The position numbers and the translations under genes were made by a program. Below, one piece after another: positions 56,995-64,000 of a stretch of 64,000 nucleotides of DNA (positions are counted from its first letter, which is position 1; the number at the start of each line of letters is the position of its first letter). The stretch spans positions 62,001 through 126,000 of the forward strand of contig NW_027272677.1 of NCBI RefSeq assembly GCF_040938485.1, given 5' to 3'. This stretch comes from Diadema antillarum (lineage: Eukaryota). The notes under the pieces are model-generated. The model worked only from the letters and a program-made list of their open reading frames with translations. It was not told where the DNA came from and did not search any database.

Positions 56995-59499
56995 ATTCAA
57001 TTCAATTCAATTCAATTTAATTCAATTCAATTCAATTCAATTCATTTTTATTCGTCCAATTAGAATAAAAAACATTACAGGAAACTCATTGCCGGATTTT
57101 TACATATAAAATAATGACAAAGCATAACAAATACAGTATAGAGAGAGAACAACACGGAATAATACTTGACAAATAGATAACTAACCGGACATGTATGCAA
57201 AGCTGAACTGCAAAGAACGATCGTATAAAAACGTGGCATAAAAACGGACTCCATTGGCATGATGTTAAAGACTTCAGAAACCTTCCCTGTTGTTACGTCC
57301 CTATCTCAGTCCCCCTTCCCATGTCAGCCCGTAATAAACTGAAACCCAAACCAACTCGCCCTGAAATACGACACAACAAACAAATCAACACGTACAAAAA
57401 CAAAAACAGTCAAACAAAAGTGATCCATAATAATGATGACCTCAAAAAGTTGTATAGATTATGATGTCGCTAATATCTCAAAATTAATGTTAAATTCCTG
57501 GTGGATTTTGTCCCCAACTCAAGTTGAAAAGACAGGTTGATTCATTTGACCCACTTTATACCTGTTCTCTCACTTTTCTTTCATTTTTTTATATGTACTG
57601 TACTTTCTTTTTTGGTTTATGTAAAAGCCTGCTTATGTTCTTTATTCTGTGAATACCATTACTTATCTGTTTTTTCCCCACAGTTTGTTTTGATCTTTCT
57701 GTAGCTAAAGATTGTACTATGTTGTGTTTGTGTGTCATTAATGCGAGTGTAATGTCTTGTGTATCTGGAAGGAGATCAACATAAGTTTTACTGTCTCAGG
57801 CAAGTTGGTACATGTGACAAAATGTATACACTGTAATAATTGCACAGATTTAGGAATTCCATCAATTTGAATCTTACTTTTGGTATATATTTCTTATGAG
57901 TGAACTATAGAAGATATAGATCCTGATGTGAACATTTTGAATTCTTAATTGCTATACGCTGTATAGAGGGCTTTTCCCCAACAAGACCCCTGAGCCTTTT
58001 CTTCAAGTTCTCTGTTTATTTCACATTTCACTTAGACTTCATATCAAAGCTTGAATCAAAGGCGTTATTTCAGATTGTAAGTAAGAGGTGATTACGGTAA
58101 GTGTATTGTATGCATTGTTTTTGTTGTAGTTTTTATTTGAAATGGAAATAGATAAACGAAACGAAACAAAACTTATCAAGCAATGTAGTGATAGTTGTCG
58201 TTGTTGTCGTCGTCGTCGTCGTCGTTGTCGTTTTGTAAAGAGAGAGATTTGTCATTGACATGCAGTGCACCACAGCAACATTTTGAAATGCTGCTATGGT
58301 GGCTAACTGGTCGTGGCCTATAACCTGCTCCCATAAAAATTGTAACATTGGGTGTATGCTGCATCATAAGGGAAATTCCTTAGCACAGACACTAAATAGA
58401 GATGTTCACTTTATAATGCAAATCTTACCTGTCATTACTCATGATGTCTTTGTGAGGTCTCTATGTAGAAATTTGATGATCTGTTTATCCCATCAATGTT
58501 ACCATGACCAGTCGCATATAGTTGCCCACAAATACAGGGGCATGCAGAAAAAAAGAAATCGCAAATCATCTTTAAAAGCTCACCCCCCCCCCTACACACA
58601 CCACCACCACTACCACCATACCACCACCACCACCACCACCACCACCACTCTAACTGGTCATAAGAAATTATGTAGACATAAGACGTAATAAGTTACACTA
58701 ACACGGGAACCTATATGAGTGCTGGCATGCAGTTGATGAAAGAGTTGGTTAGGTTAAATTCGTTACACATTGTTTTGTATATATGTCAATATGATACAGA
58801 TGAACAGCGCTGGTCCTGAAAAGGGGAGAGGGATTTTTAAAGATATTCTGTTTCAATGGTGTCGAATATTGTTGTTCACTGGTTTTATTCTTCATTATTT
58901 CGATTTCGAATGTATATATCAAGTGTGTGCCGGACGTGTGCATGCAATCTCAAATATCATATTTCCTTTGTATTTTTGATAATAATTATGTATAAGAATT
59001 ACGTCTCAAGTATTACGATTAGTATATGGACATAAGTAGGCCTATATTACGTCCATATTACGTCCATCCACATTTATACGTCCATACGTCGATATTGATA
59101 AGTATTTATTTCTATTTCCCCTTGTGATATGCTATCTGAATTATCCTTTCGCATACCGTCTGCACTGCTGCTTTTCATACATTGGAAAACGGCTGAGTCG
59201 CCTAAAAGTATATTCATTTTCTTTTCCGTTACGATACTTGGCCACACCAAAAGTAGGCCTGTAGAGTAGTGGGCCTAATATTTGCTTTCAGTAGTGTCGA
59301 ACTCATGCATAACTCATGGGCTTTATAATTCGCGGATGTCGAACTGAATGCAATCTCAAATATCGTATTTGTTTTGTTTGTTTGTACGTGTTTTTACGTA
59401 TATGGACGTAAATAGGATTGCATGTCTAGTAATAGGGCCTAAGAACATTGTTTTGTCAGAGACTGAAAACCAATTGACCTAAACAAACGGTAGGTTAAG

Positions 59500-59668
59500 C
59501 AGGGGCGGATCCAGGAATTCCGTAAAGAGGGGGCGCGTTTACAAAACTAAAGGGGGGGGGCGCACGCACCCCTCCCCCATTTTTTTTCTTTTTATTTCTT
59601 TTGTTTCAACAAAAAATAAAGGGGGGGGGGGCGTGCGCCGGTTGCGGTCCTCCCTGGATCCGCCCCTG
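59500..59668. mobile_element. CAG-terminated GC-rich MITE with 6-bp TSD
   Basis: Perfect 16-bp TIR CAGGGGCGGATCCAGG / CCTGGATCCGCCCCTG; GTTAAG on both flanks. Confidence 0.85.
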
Positions 59669-60354
59669 GTTAAGTAAGATGACTGATGACAAAGATATAG
59701 TGTTTCTCCTGAATTGTTATCGTGTAATTTTCGCAAGACTCTTGAAATGGCATTTAACCCCGTGCATTTAGGACCTACAGGGAAATGTCCACCTTATCAT
59801 TATATTTATACGATAAATGTGTACTTTCTACGGTATTTGATGATGAAAGGAAGAAAAACAAAATCTGTCATTACGGGGTTTTTTTTCCAGACACGTTTGT
59901 ATCATCACGCATAGATAGGTTCAGCTGCTCATTTGATAATGACGACAGCTCTCGGTTTCTGGTGCCTGTTGGGGCACGTTTTTGCTTTGACAAAAATCTC
60001 TTTGGCTTCCATTCACCCCACCTATCCGTAGAGGACGCGCTATTGGGCAATCCCATCGGCTTCTTGTACGGGCATGTTATGAAGTGTGCTTATGTTGAGT
60101 CTGTCCACAACGTGTTGCATAGGGTGCACGGCCAACGGGATCAGAGGACGGCAGCGGGGCGAAGACCGGTAGCAGTTGAGTAGTAAGCCGGTAGCCGCAT
60201 GCAGCGATTTGTGCCAGCTATTTGTAGGGCACGACTGACTGACTGACACATTGCACAACTTTACGAAGTAACCAACCGAGTCAAGTGAGTGCCTACCAAA
60301 CCAGCGAATTGTGCGATCAGCCAAGCTGTTGATTCTCACAAAGACAAGAAAGCA

Positions 60355-60480
60355 ATGGCAGATGACGAAAAGAGAGATCGACCCTTTCGGGCTGAGTATG
60401 CTAAAAGTAATCGTTCGTCATGCAAGCTATGTCGGAGTTCGATCTCCAAGGACAGTCTGAGACTGGCTAAAATGGTCCAG
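60355..60480 (+). CDS. PARP1: Poly(ADP-ribose) polymerase 1, coding exon 1, PARP-type zinc finger I ([42 protein letters not shown])
   Basis: Matches PARP1 EYAKSGRASCKKC...KDSLRMAIMVQ; GTGAGT donor directly after VQ. Confidence 0.93.
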
Positions 60481-63400
60481 GTGAGTACTGTAAATTACAT
60501 AATCTGTGCCCACACTGCACCATTGTAACGACATCAGTGTTGAGTTGTTGAAAGTAAAGTTTACAGGTGTAGTAAGCAATAATGTAGACAGAAAGATCCG
60601 TCTGTCCGGAGGACTCTTTTATATTTTGCCATTAACGCTGTCCTCCGTATACGGAGGGGATCCGTGAAGCCAGACATAGTCTCCGCGGAACATTCCCCGA
60701 CGGACAGATACAGACCGATCTTTCGGTCAAGCAATTATACACTTTGCGGCTCATCCTCCATCCATCCTAGTAATATAATAACAATATTACACATATCACA
60801 TCACATGTTTCGCAATGAATGAATGCCGATGGTCATTTATTGCACCTGTGTATTTCGATACCCATCCCATCATCTCTTTTAACTCCATAGATCATACCAT
60901 GACCATGAAAAGTATTGATGGAGAACCTTGTATTGAAATAAATGAAGCTGTATGACTCGTACTGTAGGCAAATTTGTAGTACCACGACTCAACTTGCACA
61001 AGTATTAACACTGCAGTAATGCACAGCCCTGTCGAGCTGTCGCTGTACACAAGTATTGCGACAGGCGCACGAGACGCCGTGCAAAGCATGGCGTCTGGTC
61101 GGGCTAGAGTAACAGCAGCTGAGATCAGTGTACAGTTGTTCAAATCTGACTGGCATCAGATTTGTCATGTTATTATTATCTCTCGCATGATGATGACTGT
61201 CAGTCGACTTCCGCACTCAGAGTTGATTTGACCAAAGATTGGTCTGTATCTGGTCGTCTGGGATATGTTCCGCAGAGACTGCGTCTGGCTTCACGGATCC
61301 CGGGAGGAGAGCGATAACGTCCATACATGTAGATATCTCGATTCCAGTGAACCAAGTTGCACAATATCACAGGATATACTCGAAAGGTCTTATGTTTTTC
61401 CGTATCACTTACCGGTACATGAATTTCAACCACAGGTTAGTTACTGGGAAACATTGATATCGACATTGACTTTATTAATGTCGTCGCTCAAAACAAAATC
61501 AATCTTCACAAGTGATGCTGCTTGCACAATCTGAAACTGAAGCTAGCTGTCTAGTATTATGTGAACAGGACTCACGCTGATGCTTATGTTAATGCTCTAT
61601 TAACAAAGCGCATGGAGACAATTTTGCGTGTCGTTAAATTCGCGATCCAACTGTGATTCGCGAAATTCGCAAAAATTAAACCTTTGCAAAAATAACAGTT
61701 TATACAGTACATATGTGTGTGTGTCTGTCTCTTTTTGTCTGTGTGTGATGATCATGCACATACAGACAGAAAAAGAGACATGCAGAGACAGACTGATTCT
61801 GTGGAATCTAGGAAAGTGCATTTCTCATATGAATTGATTCAACTTGTCATGAGCCATTTTGCCTTGATTTTCTTATCTTATTTTTCTTGCTCGTGGTTAC
61901 TTGAAAGAGTTGTCACATATTAGACGGCTAACTTCAGTTTCAGGTTGTGCAGGCAGCATAGGCCGTGATATCTCACAAAAAGCAAGTTGTTTTGGGCAAT
62001 GATTTGAAAGTATAACTGTAGACGTCGATATCAACGCTTCCCAATGACCAATTTGGTTCGAATGTTACGTGAGTGGTAGGAAATATGGTAATACTTATAT
62101 CCTGAGATTTTGGTGCAATTTAGATCATTGGAATTTGAGATATCTTCCTTGGATATGAGAGTATACATGAATGCCCAACTTCATCTATTGGCTATATCAA
62201 TACAGAGACTGCCACAGTCCTCTGATGGAAACCTCACTTTATTACGTAATTTATTTGTAACTGAACTAGTTCTCCATCTTTCTGTATTTTCTCCCCTGCA
62301 AACCTAATCCTCAACAGCTGTCTATGGCAGGATAGTCTGAGACACAGGAAGTGAATGCTGTCCCAAATTTTTTAAGAAGCAAAGAATGATGTACTTGACC
62401 TAGCTCTTCACATCTATAGCAAATGACGAAGAATTTCAGTGTTGTGACCAAGATGTCCCTTTGGGATGTGGTGTACAATGTGTAATCCTTCAATGCAGTA
62501 TTACATTCAGTGATTTCTATTTTTAAAGTGGTCAATTCATCACTGAATAACCTTTTTAAAAAAGAAAAAGAAAAAAAGAAACACCTTTGTGATCTTCTGA
62601 TGTCATTGATTATGACTGCATACTTCTGTATTTCTAAGTGCAGCTCCCTTATTTAGCCAAAAAGATTTTTTATTAAGATATGAAATATCCTCTTTCCATC
62701 CTGCTCCCAAACCCCACCTTGACACCGTCATGAGATGTTGCATTCATTCAATGAATTATGACAGTGATACAGCTAAGGAAATGATACTACTGTATATTGG
62801 AAACCCATGAAAAGACTTACTCAATTATCTCTTCTTTTTTAAATTGTTTATTTATTTATTTATTTGTTTATTTTTTAACTGATTACATGATATTAAGATT
62901 AAATTCTGCAAAAATATCAGGAATTGCTGCATGAATGCTGATGATAAAAGACAGATGTATTGTAGATGTCATATTAGGGAAATGTAGTGTTGGAATGAAA
63001 AGTGTTGTATTTTTAAGTCATATTACTAGTACTTAGTCATTTATGGAAGTACATGGTCCCTCTGCTCTTGTAACTTTTTCTCACCAATTTGTTTAGTGTT
63101 CTGTGTTCTTTTCACACTGCCTGCCTCTCAGCTGGTGATACAGTATCACATTGTATGCAACCAGTGGATAGCAACTGAAGCAAGCGACAGTTCATATGCT
63201 GGGAGTGACATCTGATTCTAATATGGTAGCTTTAATGTGACAATCCACTTCAATCACCATCCAGTTGTGGATTGCCTTCTTCTATCAGTTGTTCTGTCTT
63301 TACACACATACCCAAATATGATTTGAATACAGACAATTACACATGCACAAATATGCCCTTTGGACTTGTGTGATCACAGTCAGTTAGCAAACAGTAAAGA

Positions 63401-63875
63401 TTAAAAAAAAAAATCAGGACTGTATCAATAGAAAGGATAAGAGAGTGGTGCTGCAGGGGAAATAATAGAACAGAAAACAAAGACGATGCTGAGGGGGAAA
63501 AGGCCACCATACATGAACTGAATTACCAACCATGCTAATATGGTTGCCAGCTTCAGTTGACATTGGTTTCATGCCGCGCAAGTATGCCCTGCCCCAGTGA
63601 ATGTGGTGAATATCTAACACACAGGCCAAAATATCATTTTAATGATAGATTTGTGACAAAAACCACAGCAAGGTCAGGCAATTTACAAAAAGTATATATG
63701 TGATTACTCCTCGTACTAATATATCACTTCGTGATATATTACTCCTGGTACTGCTGCAAAGTTTGTGGATATGTCTTTATATGAGGAGTCAGAACATAAA
63801 TGAGTTCCCACCATCAGAAGCCGAAGTCATCGATAATTATGTTGAAATACTTGTTGTTGTTTTTTTTTAATACAG

Positions 63876-63963
63876 TCTCCGGTATTTGATGGGAAGATAC
63901 CCAATTGGTTCCACTACAACTGTTTCTTCAAGAAAAATAAGCCAACAAGCCAGCATGACATTG
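63876..63963 (+). CDS. PARP1: PARP1 coding exon 2 (SPVFDGKIPNWFHYNCFFKKNKPTSQHDI-G); gene continues beyond window
   Basis: Polypyrimidine tract plus CAG acceptor; GTAATA donor; matches SPMFDGKVPHWYHFSCF and completes the CxxC...HxxC finger. Confidence 0.93.
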
Positions 63964-64000
63964 GTAATATAAATCTTTGTGTACAGTAGAATTGGTTGCC

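Noticed and set aside
59785-60339. ORFs in the PARP1 promoter as a divergent partner gene
   Set aside because: Short, with no recognisable motif and no convincing splice donor; expected by chance in GC-richer promoter DNA.

Overview
Eukaryotic, AT-rich, repeat-dense genomic DNA. It looks like an invertebrate deuterostome, probably an echinoderm; that is inference from gene structure and repeat style. Two protein-coding genes are supported. (1) A Son of Sevenless (SOS) Ras-GEF on the minus strand: 21 coding exons traced by hand from the ATG at 51636 down to 334, covering histone-fold, DH, PH, REM and part of the CDC25 domain, with the 3' end outside the window. (2) The first two coding exons of PARP1 on the plus strand (60355-60480, 63876-63963), divergent from SOS. 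The best observations are a textbook U12-type AT-AC intron in SOS (4187-4996) and two single-base insertions that break the SOS frame in adjacent exons 5 and 6, most likely assembly errors. There is also a set of sequence-unrelated Helentron-like (HINE) elements sharing one architecture, two of which carry dense AGGTCA DR1 arrays. Introns hold many non-autonomous DNA transposons. Nearly all ORFs in the supplied track are spurious or exon fragments. I found no convincing wholly new biological system. All family assignments come from recognising motifs by eye, not from database searches.
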